NCBI RefSeq assembly: GCF_009914755.1
Contig: NC_060938.1
DNA from: the human T2T-CHM13v2.0 reference genome, Homo sapiens
Length of the DNA: 64,000 nt
Strand: one strand, 5' to 3'
Below the pieces are notes generated by a model. That model saw only the letters and a list, made by a program, of their open reading frames with translations. It was not told the DNA's origin and searched no databases. Below are positions 1 through 15,500 of the stretch, piece by piece. A program made the position numbers and the translations under genes. Every line of letters starts with the position of its first letter. Positions within the stretch are counted from its first letter, which is position 1.

Positions 1-417
1 CCTAGCAGGAGAGAAGACTTGGGGAAGAGAAGTGGACATAAAATGTAATTGAAGAAATAATGGCCCCCAAAATCCAAATTTGTTGAAATTAAAAAAAACA
101 TAGATCCAAAAACCCCAAGCGGAATAAATATAAATTAAACCTCTTTAGGCACTTCATAATCAAGTTATTGAAATCCATTAATAATGAGAAAACATTTTAA
201 AGCAGTCAGGGGAAAGAGATACACCACATAAAGAGAAACAAAGATAAAAAATGACAGCTGACTTACCAGAAACCACACAGGTCAGAAGACAACAGAACGT
301 CTTTAAAGTGCTGACAGAAAAATAAAATAAAATAAATTGTTGGCCCAGAATACTACACCCATGAAAATATATCTTTCAAAAATCAAGGTGAAAGAAAACC
401 ATTTTAAGATCAACAAG

Positions 418-586
418 AGGGGAGGAGTTGCTATTCGACAATTATAAAATTTCAGTTCTGTAAGTTAGTTAAGTTCTATAAATCTATTGTCCAATCTGTA
501 GTTAATGATACTGTATTGTACACTTAAAAGTTTGTTAAGAGGGTAGCTCTTACGTTAAGTGTTCTTACCACAATTTTTTAAAAAAG
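418..586 (+). mobile_element. L1MB-type 3' end fragment
   Basis: ...atactgtattgtacacttaaaa...gttaagtgttcttaccacaat + A tail. Confidence 0.65.
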
Positions 587-1010
587 AACAACGATAACAA
601 AAGCTTAGAAAGTTAATTGCCAGTAGCCCTATACAACAAGAAATAAAGGATTCCTGGATCTACACAAAGAAATAAGTGCCAGAAATGGTAAACATGTGAA
701 TACATATAAAAGTTTTTTCTGATTTAGAAAATGTTTTTAAAAGGTAATCGACTATAAGCAAAACTAACAACTCTGTATTATAAGGTTTACAGCATACACA
801 GAAGCAAAATATCTGAGAACAATAGCACAAAGGAATGAGGGGGAATTTGGAAGGATGCCTTTGTAAGGTTCTTAAACTATACATGAAATGGTATAATATT
901 TTTTGAAAGTAGACTGTGATAAGTTAAAGATGTATACTGTATACCCTAGAGCAGCTATTAATTTTTTGAAAAACAAAACAAGTATAGCTAGTAAACCAAA
1001 TGTGCAGATA

Positions 1011-2210
1011 AAATCATTAGGGAAATGCAAATCAAAATCACAATGACGGACTGAGCATGGTGGCTCATGCCTATAATCCCAGCATTGTGGAAAGCCAAGG
1101 CAGGGGGAATCACTTGAGGCCAGGAGTTTGAGACCAGCCTGGGCGACACAGTGCCTCGTCTCTACAAAAGATTTTAAAATTAGCCAGGCATCGTGGCATG
1201 TACCTGTATTCTAGCTACTCAGGAGGCTGAGGTGGGAGGATCAATTGAGCCCAGGAATTTAAGGCTGCATTGATCTATGATTATGCCACTGCACTCCAGC
1301 CTAGATGACAGAGCAAGTCTCTATCTTAAAAAAAAAAATCACATGAGCTATTACCTCACACCTGTTAGGATAGCTATTATCAAAAAGATGAAAAATAAAA
1401 AGTGCTGGAGAGGATATGGAGAAAAGACAATGCTTGTGCACTGTTAGTAGGTATGTAAATTGGCACAGTCATTATGGAAAACAGTAGAAAGATTTCTCAA
1501 AAAGTTAAACATAGAACTAGCATATATATAGCAATCCCACTCTTGGTATATGTCTGAAGGAAATGCAAGCAGTATTTTGAAGAAATATCTGCACCCTTGT
1601 GTTCACTGCAGCATTATTTAAAATAGTCAAGATATATAAACACCCTAAATGCCCATCCATGGGTGAATGGATAAAGAATATGTTTTATAGAGAGAATGGA
1701 ATGTTTATTCAGCCATAAACATGAAGGAAATCCTGCCATACACAACACAGATGAAACTGGAGATCATAATGCTAAGTGAAATAAGCCAGGTAGAGAAAGA
1801 CAAATACTGTATGATCTCACTTATATATGGAATCTAAAAAAGTCAAATTCATAAAATCAGAGTAGAAATGTAGTTGTCAGGGGTTGGGAGTGAAGGAAAT
1901 GGGGAAATGTCAGTCAAAGGGTAAAAACTTTCAGATTTAAGATGAATAGGTTCAGAGATCCAACAAAGAGCATGGTAACTGTGGTTAATAACACTGTATT
2001 GATTAATTGCAATTTGCTAAGAAAGTAGATCTTAAGTGTTCTCAACACACACACAAACTTAACTATGTGGAGTAATACGTGTGTTAAGTTGATTGTGGTG
2101 ATCATCTCGCAATATACATGTAAAAGAAATCATCATGTTGTATACTTTAAACATATACAATTTTATTTGTCAATTACACTGCAATAGAATTGGAAAAAGT
2201 AAAAAATAAA
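1011..2210 (+). mobile_element. L1MA-type 3' end (split by an Alu)
   Basis: ORF2 C-terminal region and L1MA 3'UTR ending ...aattttatttgtcaattacac...aaaa. Confidence 0.8.
1048..1338 (+). mobile_element. Alu (AluJ-like)
   Basis: Dimeric Alu with A tail and TSD aaaatcac(a)atga. Confidence 0.93.
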
Positions 2211-3016
2211 TAGTGGGGATAAAAATAGATAATTTTAAAAATCCTTGTTTAATCCAAAGGAAGCAGGATAAAAGGAAAAATAAACAGAAGAGACAAACAG
2301 GAAACAAACAGCAAGATGGTAGAGTTAAACCCAACCATACATACAACAATTACATTAATATAAATGTTCTAATCACTCCAATTACAAGGCAGAGATTATG
2401 ATATTAAATAAAATATATACTAACCCAATTACACATTGTATACAAGAAAATCACTTTAAAAATCAATTTTTAACATATTAATCTATGTAAAAGCACACAG
2501 ATTAAAGTAAAAAGGATGGAAAATATATAACATGTAAAACACTGATGAAAAAAAGAGTAGCTATATTATCTCCGAAAAGACTTCCGAACAGAGAATATTG
2601 CTGAGGATAAAGAAGGGCATTTGATAATATTAAAGGGATCAATTAATCAAAAGGATATAACAATCCAAAATTTATATGCACTTAATAATAGAGCTTCAAA
2701 ATAAATGAGTCAAAAAATGATAGAACTGAAAGGAAAAATACATCAATCCACAATTTTAATTGGATATTTCAACATTCCTCTGTCAGTAATAGATAGAACA
2801 AGTAAAAATAATTTTTTAGAACAAAGACAGAAGACCAGAATAACATTATCAACCAACTTGACTTATTTGACATTTATAGAACTCTCTATTCAATTACAAC
2901 AGAATATACATTCTTTTCCAGGGCACGTGAAACATTTACTAACAGAGACTATATGCTCAGGCATTAAACAAATTCAATATGTTAAAAAGAACTGAAATCA
3001 TGTAGAGCACATTCTC

Positions 3017-3303
3017 CTTTTTCTTTTTTTTGATACAGGGTCTCACTCACTGTTGCCCAGGCTAGAGTACAGTGGCACAATCTCCGCTCACTGCAGCCTC
3101 AACCTCCCGGGCTCAGGTGATCCTCCTCAAGTAGCTGAGACTACAGGCATGCGCCACCACACCTGGCTAATTTTTTGTACTTTTTGTAGAGACGGGTTTT
3201 GCCATGTTGCCCAGTCTGATCTCAGACTCCTAGGCTCAAGTAATCAGCCTGCCTCCACTTCCCAAAGTGCTGGGACTACAGGCCTAAGCCACCACGCCTG
3301 GCC
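3017..3303 (-). mobile_element. Alu (AluJ-like)
   Basis: Antisense Alu; TSD tagagcacattct/tagaacacattct. Confidence 0.93.
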
Positions 3304-4187
3304 TAGAACACATTCTTTGACCACAATGGAGTTAAAGTAGAAATAAAGAAGAAAAATATATTTGAAAAAAATCCTAAAATATTTGGAAATTAAAAATATA
3401 CTTTAAAATAACCCATGGGTCAAAAAATAAACTGTAAGAGAAATTAGAAATAATTTGAAGTAAAGGAAAAGGAAACACAGTGTATCAAAATGTGTGGGAT
3501 GCAACAAAAACAATGTTTAGAAAAAACTTAACAGTAATAAATGCTTATGTTAAAAAATAAGAAAGGCCTAAAATCAATAATCTAACTTTCTACCTAAAAC
3601 TAGGGAAAAAGACCAAATTAAATGCAAAGTAAGTGGAAAGAATGAAAAATGAAGATATGACTGCAAATCAATGTAGAATAAAAAACAAAAATAAATAAAA
3701 CAAAAAATTTGTTCTTTAAAAAGATAACTGAAATTGATAGAAGTATAGCCAGATTGGTCAAGAGAGAAAGAGACAGGCAAAAATTATGAATGTGAGGAAT
3801 AAAAAGGGGGGGTTCACACAGATCCTAAGACATTGTAATGATAATAAGGGAATGTTATGAAAAAAATGTATGCCAATATATTTGATAACTTAGTTTTAAT
3901 GAAAAAATTGCTTTAAACACACAAACTACCAGTCTTACTCAAGACTGGATATGGATAACCTGAATAGCTCTATATCTATTAAAGAGGTTGAATTCATAGT
4001 TTAGCACCTTCCCACAAAGAAAATACCAGACTCATGTGGTATTACTGGTCAACAGAACTAAACAAAGAGAAGAAATAGTACCAATTCTACTAAAACTTTT
4101 TCAGAAAATAGAAGAAGAAGGAACAATTTCCAAGTCATTTTATGAGACAAGCATTAATCCCAGTACCAAAAACAGATAAAGATATTT

Positions 4188-4493
4188 TATTTTATTTCAT
4201 TTCGTTATTTTTTGAGACATAGTCTCATTCTGTTGGCTAGGCTGGAATACAGCAGTGCAAACTCAGCTCACTGCAATTTCTGCCTCCCAGGTTCACGTGC
4301 TTCTTATGTCTCAGCCTCCCCAGCAGCTGGCATTACAGGTGTGCGCCACCATACCAAGCTAATTTTTGTATTTTTAGTAGAAATAGGGTTTTTCCCTGTT
4401 GCCAGGCTGGTCTCAAACTCCTGGCCACAAGTGATCCACTTGCCTTGGCCTTCCAAAGTGCTGGGATTACAGGCGTGAGCCACAATGTCTGGC
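4188..4493 (-). mobile_element. Alu (AluS-like)
   Basis: Antisense Alu; flanking direct repeat cagataaagatattt. Confidence 0.93.
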
Positions 4494-4877
4494 AAAAATC
4501 AGATAAAGATATTTAAAAAAATAAAAACGAAAACCCTGCAGACCAGTATCCCTCATGAATATGTGGAAAACTCCTTTATAAACCTTTGAGAAAATTGAAT
4601 CCAGAAACACATATTTTTAAAAAATCACAGTAAAGTGAGGATTTATACCAAGAATGTGAAGTTGGTTTAACATTCAAAAATCACAAAAAATTTTAGGTTC
4701 TTGTACCACAATTTTTTTTATAAAAACAGAAAAAGTCTATGTAATCCATCATGTTAATAGACTAAAATAAGAATTGAATCAGTAGATGCAGTAGATGCAG
4801 AATCAGTAGATGCAGAAAAATCATATAAGAAAACACAACATTTTTTCACAGAATACAGGAGAACTTTCTCAACTTTA

Positions 4878-5198
<321 letters not shown>

Positions 5199-5567
5199 AT
5201 CTTACAGCTAACATCGTACTTATTGATGAAAGACTCACTGCATTCCCCCTAAAATCAGAAACAAGGCAAGGATTCCATTTCAGTCCTTTTGCTTAACATT
5301 GCAGTAGAGGTTGTAGGCAATGTAATAATGCATAAATAAAAATAAAAGGCATACAGAAGAAAATAAGAAGTAAAACTGCCATTATTTGCAGATAACAGAA
5401 TATCCTAAGGTATATATAAAATTAAGAGAAATAATAAGTAAATTCAGCAAGGTTGCAATATGCAAAATCAATATACAACACCTAATTGTATTTTATATAC
5501 CAGTAATGAGCAATTAGAAATTAAATTTTTTAATACCATTATAAAAACGCCAAAAACATAAAATGAT

Positions 5568-5678
5568 GGCTGGACACGGTGGCTCACGCCTGTAATCCCA
5601 GCACTTCGGGAGGCCAAGGTAGGTGGATCACAAGGTCAAGAGATTGAGACCATCCTGGCCAACATGGTGAAACCCCAT
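5568..5678 (+). mobile_element. Alu left-arm fragment (AluSc-like), 3' part missing
   Basis: ggatcacaaggtcaagagattgagaccatcctggccaacatgg, ending abruptly. Confidence 0.88.
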
Positions 5679-5699
5679 TCTTTCTATAGTTTTATTATA

Positions 5700-6810
5700 G
5701 TCTACCTCAATGATGACTATATTTTAAAAAATGGAAGGGAGAAATTGAAGACTGAGTACAGACAAAAGAATTTAAAGAGTTTTGCTAAGGGGATGATAGT
5801 TGGCAAGGAAGGCGGGTCAAGAGAAAATAGTTTTATTTTTAAGATGGGGGAATGGCAGCATGTTTGTATGCTGATAGGAATGAGGCAGTAGATGAAAAAT
5901 GATAATAAAGAAGCAAGAGAGCAGTATTGCTAGAGTGACATCCTTGGAGTAGCCAGGAGCAGGGACCACTCATCTGTAGTAACAGCTGGGAAGACAGAGT
6001 GTAATAGAACACTTGCCATGAAGACAGTAATGTGGTGGGAGGAGCCTTGAGTGTTTGTTCTCTCTTCTGGTTGCTTCAGTTTTCACAGTGAGGTAGAAAT
6101 CTGAATGCAAGGATGGGAGAGGAGGCAGTTGAGAAAAATAAAATCGTGTGAAATAGCCAAGAAGCATAGTGGGAGAATGAATGGTCTGAAAACAACTAGC
6201 ATGATGACCTGCCAACATTAAGGACCCATTTGAAGTTGGTGGTCATAACTTTAACATGAGACCAGTCAATAAGGTCGTGCATTTTTCTCCAGCTGCCTGG
6301 TTGCAGGTGCAAAATGGTATAGCCAATTTGGAAAATAGTTGGGAAGTTTGTTTTACAGTTAAATGTTTACTTATTATACATTTCATTCTGGGACCCAAAG
6401 AGAAGGAACAATTCCCCATATAGGACATTTCCGTCTTGTGGCAGAGAGGAAAGAGATCATGGCAGAACCACAAGATGGCCGTTAAAACTTCTGAATGCAA
6501 AGGGTGTGTCTCACTTCTCACATTTCATTGGCTAAAGCAAAGCCACATGATCAAGCTTAATAGACATGTCAGAGAGGGGCATTGGAGAGTAGCTGAGTGC
6601 AGGTACAGAGTAGATGAGAATTAGATTTAACAAGAGTTATAGTTTTGTCACAAGTACAATAAAGTGAGGGGGAATGGGGGTTGAGGGTATGTGCAAGGGA
6701 GTAATAATGATTTGTTGTGAAACTTAAGTTGGGTAAGGTGGGAAGTGAAAGCATCAAAGGACTGGGAGATAGTGAAAGATGGAAGGACTAATGGTTTGGA
6801 ATCAAAAGCC
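5700..6810 (-). mobile_element. L2 fragments (interrupted at ~6312-6585)
   Basis: Purine-rich sequence typical of antisense L2, recognised by eye. Confidence 0.55.
6381..6560 (-). mobile_element. MLT1 (MLT1I/J-like) LTR fragment
   Basis: Reverse complement of the MLT1 core catgtggctttgctttagccaatgaaatgtgag. Confidence 0.75.
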
Positions 6811-7004
6811 CTAGAGATGTATATACACCACTTCAGCCAACAATCCACACTTAGAAATTTATCCTTAAGAAATATTGATGCAGATGCTCAACACCTATAA
6901 GAAAGTTCATTTCAGTGTTTTATGTAACAATAAAAATTATATAAAATACAATTATATAAATACTCATCAATTGACAATTGGATAAAAAATAATTGTGGGC
7001 CTAA

Positions 7005-7313
<309 letters not shown>

Positions 7314-7953
7314 TTAAAAACAAGTTTTGTGTGGTTGTGTGTTTATCTCTGTCAGGTAATATACCAGGCTATGCTGTGGATTTATCTGGAAACTAGACTG
7401 ACAAATTTATCTGCTGTTTTTTGAATTACTGTTGTTTGTCCTTGCATTGTCCTGATACCCATATCATAACATAAGTTGACTGTCTAGAATGATTAAGTAA
7501 TAAAACAAATGAGAATGCAATTGGGTCCTTGCAGTGGTTTTTATCATCCTACAGATGAGTCATGATAGAATAGTCTCCACAGGAACAGCCCTCAAATTAG
7601 GCAGGTAAACACAGTGCCTTTCCTCATTCCTAATGACTGTGTTCTGGAGCCATTCGACCTGCCTGTAAAATTGAGTGATGAACACTCTCCCAAATGTCAC
7701 CAAGAGCCTGTGGTGTAGATGTTGCTCAAGGTAGTGGGAAAAGACATAGTTCCCAAATTCTTCTGGAGTCTATAGTGTAAAGTATATCATGCATGTAGTA
7801 TATGCTTTATAATGTGAAATATCACGTTGCCATAGTTCTTCTGGAAGTTTAGAAGATAATTAACATTGCAAGCATGCATAATATTTGGCTATAAATTAAA
7901 CATTTAAGAAAAATACAAATGTCATAGAGTGTATTATTTTTCAAAGTCTTATC

Positions 7954-8282
7954 TGTAATACCCCTCCCTGTCATGCTGATCTCAAGTTTGATCATGTGGC
8001 TTTGCTTTAGCCAATGAAATGTGAGAAGTGATACATGCCCTTTTCAATCAAAAGCTTTAACAGCCATCTCATGGTTCTGCCATGTTCTCTTTCCTTTCTG
8101 CCATAAGACTGAAATGTCCTATATAAGGAATTGCTTCTTCTGTTCAGTTCCTAGAATAAAAACAAAATGGAGCAAGGCTGCAGGGACATGGAACATAAAT
8201 AAGAAACAAACCTTTGTAGTTAAACCACTGTTGTGTTAGGGTTGTATGTTTCTACAAAACCCAGTCCAGGCTGACTCTGTAA
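7954..8282 (+). mobile_element. MLT1 (MLT1I/J-like) LTR
   Basis: MLT1 core and 3' motif aagaaacaaacctttgtagttaaaccactg. Confidence 0.75.
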
Positions 8283-8359
8283 TCAAGTAAACAAATTGAA
8301 TATTATATTGGATATATGTAAAAGATATGCATTCTATAGAATGGAGTAGGGACTACATT

Positions 8360-8581
8360 TGTTCAGTGCCAAGTATCAGATACTATACATGTATACATGC
8401 ATTTAATATGGGTATTAACCATATGTGGTAGATGACATTATCTCTAGATGAAGTTTGAAGACACTGAGACTAAAAGTAATTGCACACAATCAGTGTGACA
8501 GCCAACATGAAATTTTTTACTTCAGAATCAAGGCTTCATTAATGCCCAAGTCCATGCTCTATCCACTCTATCACACTGCCT
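8360..8581 (-). mobile_element. MIR
   Basis: Degenerate MIR core ending ...tccatgctctatccactctatcacactgcct. Confidence 0.55.
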
Positions 8582-9089
8582 TTGGAGTGAAAGAGTTTTG
8601 AATTTAGTTGCAGCTTTAGACCAGATAGACCTAACAAGAATTCTTCTCTTTCAATTCATTAGGGAAAGCTTTATGGACAAAGTAGAAGTTCTGAAACTGA
8701 AACCACTTGAAGAAAAGAGTCTGGTGACTTATAGAGGAGAACATTTTCTAGCAAAACGTATAGTCTAAAAAAAGTTCCAGGGCAAAAGTGTGATGACTGG
8801 ATGATGAAAGCACAGTGAACTTCCCTGAGATGACCTGAGGGTTCCAAGGTCATCAGTGTGTAATCAAACGTGGGAATCAAGGAGGTCTTGGTGAGGACCT
8901 CCTAGAACCAGGGTGAAGGAAAGTCTCGAGCAAGAGCCATGAGGTTATGAGAAAGTATCAGCTGGATAGAGCAGCCATAGATAGCTATGTTCATAAAGTT
9001 AAGGGTCAACAGAATGATTAAGAGAGTTAATTTGAATTTTTTTGGTAGACATTTTGGCTTTTAAAAAAAAAATGAAATGATGAACCACT

Positions 9090-10370
<1,281 letters not shown>

Positions 10371-12123
10371 ACAATGAGCTATGATCCCATCTTTGCAGAA
10401 ATTGCTTTCTTGCCCTCTATCAAGTCTGAGTAAGTAAAATCAGAAAATTACTTATCTGCCTGTGGCTTCACAGCATCATTAATTGCTAAGAAGTTAGAAT
10501 TCTAGGTCCTCCTTTGTAGCTGCAGATCAGTTGACTAAGATATCATATGGTGACAATGGTGGGAGAAAGTTAATGCTGCACAAATTGCAATGATGCCTTT
10601 TCAGAAGGATTGAAGGCAACTAAACATTCTGAAATCAGTTTAGAATGAATCATTCACATATGTTCTAAGGCTTACTTGGCACAAGCTTTAGGTAGTGGTG
10701 CTTGTGAGGTAGAGTTTCCCTGAAAACCTTATAGCCCTGCCCAAACCCACATATCCTGCCAAGTGAGAAACAAGCAGCCAATTCCTTCTGTCTATACCCT
10801 TATGACCTTCTCCATAGTCTAGTTTTCACCTTGTTAATGGCAGAAATGGTTGTGGTTTCCAATACATGATTCTTGGAAGAGGGGAACAATCAGAGGCTGC
10901 AGAGAAGGGAAAGCAAGGATAAAGGGGGAATTGTTCTTTCCACCACGTCAATATGGTCTCAGTAACTTCTCTTTGTGGTTATAGTTTACAATGATGCAAA
11001 TGAGATTTCCTCCCTTACGTTTTAATAGTTTACCTGGGTCTCCTATTCATTACACTACTATTCTACTAATGAGAGAGCAAATGTCATTATGAAAACAGAT
11101 AGATTTAAGAGCATAGCTTATTTACACATTTCTGTGCTTTCCATATTATCTTACAAAGAAAATATTTGTCCTATATGGGTTTGATAAGTGGGATTATAAA
11201 TCAGAGTTTTTCTTTCTTATTAAAAGAACCCAACATTTCCAAAATCTGTTTCATACCCACTTATATGTGTAGTACATTCATGCATAGTATATTTATATAA
11301 TTAAAATGCAATTGTGGAATTAGGTCCTCCCATTGTTGCGCATACCTGTGCTATTTGAATATATATTCACTTTTCTCTTAATCAGTGCCAAGCTCAGTGA
11401 GGAGAGGGAGGATTCTTGTAGTGTCTCCTGAACATCAAAATTCTGGCAGATCTATTTTATTTTGTTAGTCCTCTCTGCTCCCATGCAGCACCACATTGGT
11501 AAATTGACTAGCCTTATTTAAGATAATGCTCCATCCACAAATGAGAAATAAGAAAATCCTCCCCTTTCTCGACATTTTAACTTGAGTTAAAAATGAAACC
11601 TTCTCTCAGTGAATCAGGAGCACAACTGAACACTTGGTCAGATAGATGACTAAATCTACGAGTGTGATGAGGCAGTAAAAACAGTGCCCCAGGAAAGCAG
11701 TTCTATCTTTACTCACCATACCAGGTTTCTTTGTCTTTTCCTGATAATTTGGGTTTCTTACTCTGCATTTCAATTTTGTTGTAAAAATGCGTTCTTGCCA
11801 TTGTACTGATGCTTATCTGATTGCCACTGACCCTGACATGTTATGATGAATTGGGGTTGGCTCTAGTTGAGAATTTACCTACCAAGGGATCATTTAAACC
11901 AAAGCTGATAACTTCTTTAGGGTTGGAGGAATAGCTACTTAATACACAATCCTTCACCAAAGCCGGAGGAGTAAGATGTAACAGAAGGAAGATATCTCAG
12001 GTGAGAGATTCAAGGACTCTTTTCACGATTTTTTTCTGGACACTTTTGTCTCTACTTTAATTTGCAAACAGACTCCATTCCCTTCCTAGTGAATTCTGCC
12101 AAATAGCCTTTCCAGTCCCTGGG

Positions 12124-12126
<3 letters not shown>

Positions 12127-12181
<55 letters not shown>
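12127..12181. repeat. (AG)~27 microsatellite
   Basis: Perfect dinucleotide run. Confidence 0.98.
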
Positions 12182-12185
<4 letters not shown>

Positions 12186-13971
12186 GTTGGTATTGGGAGT
12201 AGAGAAAAGGGACAGTCCAATTCAGAGCTTTTAGCTAGGGTAAAGCATTTGAAAACCTGTTGACTCATAAAGGACCACCCAGTCAGAATACAGGAGGAAA
12301 TAAAGCATGACCAAAGCCCCCTCAGAGGTTTCTTCCATAGCACCCTACTGATAGAAGCTCTGTGAAACTATAGCACCTTTTGAAACTACATGACTTCAGT
12401 AAAGACCTAGAAAGTTTTTATTAGTCCATAGGGCAGGTTATTGAAGAGAAATGATCTCTACCTCTAATATGTGATAATGTTACTTTCCTGGATAAATAAT
12501 AAAACTCTCCACTGGACATGGTTGGAAAAAATGAGAATCTCTGTGCTTGAGAATTTGAGAGAGATATGGAAAAAATCTGGGGTTGAAGGAGAACTCGACT
12601 GTTTCATAGCCTAAGCAATTCTTCCTGGTTTTTCTCTAAAGTTAAGTCACCACTCTATGGCTCAGCATCAAAGGAATACTGCTCAATTCTTTGTTGGACT
12701 TACAGACTGAGTAACATGAGTGGTGGGTACAAACGAGAAAGGGAAATACCATACACCTTTAATTATGGGGGGAAATGGAGGTGGAGGGAAATAAACAGGC
12801 ACAGAATTGGAATTCTGAAAATAATTAAGATACTATTTAGTAAACCCTCTCCCACAGCATGGCTTGGAAAAATGATAAGTGACCCAAAGGGATACAATTT
12901 CTCATGCAAATTTTGAATACTAACTGATGGAATCACAGTCACAGAAATCACCTTGCCCTGGGGTAGGGACAGTACTTTCTCGGCATTCAGAAAACTCTCT
13001 TGACTATTGTTCATGTTTACAAATAACCTGCTTAGGCTGGTTAACTGATACACCCAGAAAAGATAAACATGTTTAACAAAATATTCAGCCATGCTAAGCC
13101 CACAACTATCCTGCCTGGGCAGTTTATTCGTGAGTCAAAAATGTTTTAAAGGTAGTGAAGAGAGAGAGAGAGAAAGAGACAAATTAATGGTGTCAACAAG
13201 GCAAGAGAATAATAAATGTCTAAATACCATTGTCAGAAGGGAAAGTATAGGTTAACCTGGGCTCAAATAACTTCCTTCTAACCCATCAGGAGCACATTAT
13301 TTAAGATACTGAAGTGCTAAATTGGTCAGATAAGAGACGTGCTGAGATGTAAGATCCATTGAACAATGAGGAAAGAAAATTGAAGTGAAAATTGCAATCT
13401 CCGCCTGCAAGAAACTTAAGTGAGATGAAGTGAAAATGTTTACAATGGAAGAAGAGAGAGAAAATGTGAAGAGGATGATGTTTAATAATAAGGATAAAAC
13501 TGGAGACCTAGGGAGGAAAAAGATGGCTGGGAAGAGGGTTAGGAAAGCCAAAGCCATCAAGCTCCACAGGGACCTGGGCCTGGGATTGGGGAAGAGCTTA
13601 GGGGAGCTTATCAGAGTCAGCAGCGACTCTACCCAACACTGAGTGGACAACTGGTGTCAAGGCAGCAGCAGCACATGTTTTTCTGGAAGAAGAATGGTGG
13701 AATGATAGTCACAGGAGAATGTTGCAAGCTGCAGACAAGAGCTCTGTTTCATTGACAGCTGGACAAGAATGCTCGCAAAGACTTAGCAGAAACACAGAAG
13801 CTGTGTCCAAAAACTGGAAGTCTGGTAGACAGGGGGAGAGACAAAGACAGAGAGACATAGAGATGCTAAAGAACATGTCTTTAGAGATGCATCTGTGAGG
13901 AAGGTAACCAGAACTGTCAGCCGGGAGAAATAAAACAAAGAAGGGGAAACAATTCCCACCATGTGGCCAGA

Positions 13972-14203
13972 GGTGTAAGATCTGGAACTAGACGGCTTGG
14001 GTTCAGATCCTCTATGTCACTTACCAGCCGTATGACCCTGGACAAGTCTCTTCTAACCTTTTTGGCCTTCAATTTTCCCACTTGTGTAGTGGGAGTAGTA
14101 GTATCTGGTGGAGTTGTGAAAATTGAATGAGTTAATATGAGGTAAAGGTCTTAGAATATTGCCTGATACACAGAAAACATCAGTACATACTAGCAACTAC
14201 TGT
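13972..14203 (+). mobile_element. MIR
   Basis: gggttcagatcc...cttaccagccgtatgaccctggacaagtc...gttgtgaaaattgaatgag. Confidence 0.8.
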
Positions 14204-14669
14204 GATATGTGGCCAGCCTCTGTGAGTGGCCCTGAGCTGTGTAGAGTACTTTTAAGTGTGTTTTTTCATCCTTTCAGACTATCCATAAGAGAGCTTATAA
14301 GGGTTGTGTGATTATATATATATATCAGGAAGCTGAGACAACTTTGGGATTCTTGTCAGTGGGAGGCATCTCTGGCCCCAGAGTGACTCCAAGGCTCCGC
14401 TGGGCTCCCAGAGCTGCCGGCGTTCCAAATACCAAAAATTCAACCCTGTGGACCATGACAGGGCAGAAGGAGTTTCTCCGGAGATGAGCCTGGGACCCTT
14501 TGAAAAGTGCCTGGGGACCTGAAGAGCACCGGCGAACTTGTAACCCCTAGTTAAGCCACATTTTTATATGTATATAATCATTACCTCCAGATTACAATTG
14601 TTCTGAAGGGCAGCTTGTAGGGTGACTAAATATGAGTTAAGCTGAGGACAACAGTAACATTCCTTGAGG

Positions 14670-15500
14670 TTTATAACTGCTTTGGGCAAGCCACTTAGCC
14701 CCACCCATTGAGCCTCAGTTTCTTTCTTTCTTTTTTTTTTCCTGCCTCAGTTTTACGTGTACAAATAGCACAGGAGGACCCCAGCCCCATGCAGACGGCA
14801 GCCTGGGGGTGGGGGAGTCACACCAGTCCTGTCCTCATGGACATGTCCCCATGTCCAGATAGATAGACAGAGATATCTATCTGAAGCCTTTATAGGGGCC
14901 TGGGCACCTTTTGGAGCCTGAGCTGGAACTGAAGCGGGAGCTGCAGCCTGGGCCTTGGTTTGATCCTTTGCCTTGGCCTTTGGCTGGCACAGCTTGAGCC
15001 CCTTGGCAATGCGGGCACGGGCATGCTTCCCAAGTTTGGGGTGGGCAATGTAGGCAAGTCATTTGAGCTTGCAGGTGACACCCTTCGGAATCTTGGGGTT
15101 AACCTCCTTGGCCTTTACGAGGGCCTTGATAGCCTCGGCACATACACTCACAGCCTTGGCATTGCTGGCCTGCATCTTCTTTAGGCTCTTCTTGTTGTGC
15201 TCTTGGCAAAGCACATGTTCCTCAGGAACTTAGGGTCCATTCCCTTAAGAGATTTGTATCTTTGTGATTGGGGTTTCTTGACACTATTTCTGTGCCATTT
15301 TCGGGACTGGTTGTGTGTGGTGTGGTTCTTGGACTTGGCCATGTCTGCACCTTAAGCCGCAGGTCCCCAAGCCGCAGTTTCTTATCTATAAAATGGGAGT
15401 ATTATGTATACAGTGTAAGGTTTCTGTGAGATCAACTGTGAAAGTACCTTTAAAAATGCCTGCAACACAGTACGTTTCAATAAGTTTGCTGAGTGTGAAT
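14670..15500 (+). mobile_element. MIR split by the RPL29 pseudogene
   Basis: ttgggcaagccactt...gagcctcagtttctt resumes as atctataaaatgggag... after 15383. Confidence 0.7.
14725..15369 (-). pseudogene. RPL29P3: RPL29 processed pseudogene
   Basis: ATG at 15342 reads [19 protein letters not shown]... and continues through KPKIPKGV-like and [19 protein letters not shown]. It is intronless, with a 1-bp deletion near 15203, TGA at 15061-15059, a poly(A) tail at 14740-14725 and a 14-bp TSD (14711-14724/15370-15383). The pseudogene number is from memory of the locus, not verified. Confidence 0.95.

Noticed and set aside
4776-4815. Triplicated cagtagatgcag
   Set aside because: Simple slippage inside a dead L1.
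14877-15184. ORFs over the RPL29 copy as a functional retrogene
   Set aside because: A frameshift and premature stop disrupt the RPL29 frame; the listed ORFs are off-frame or antisense.
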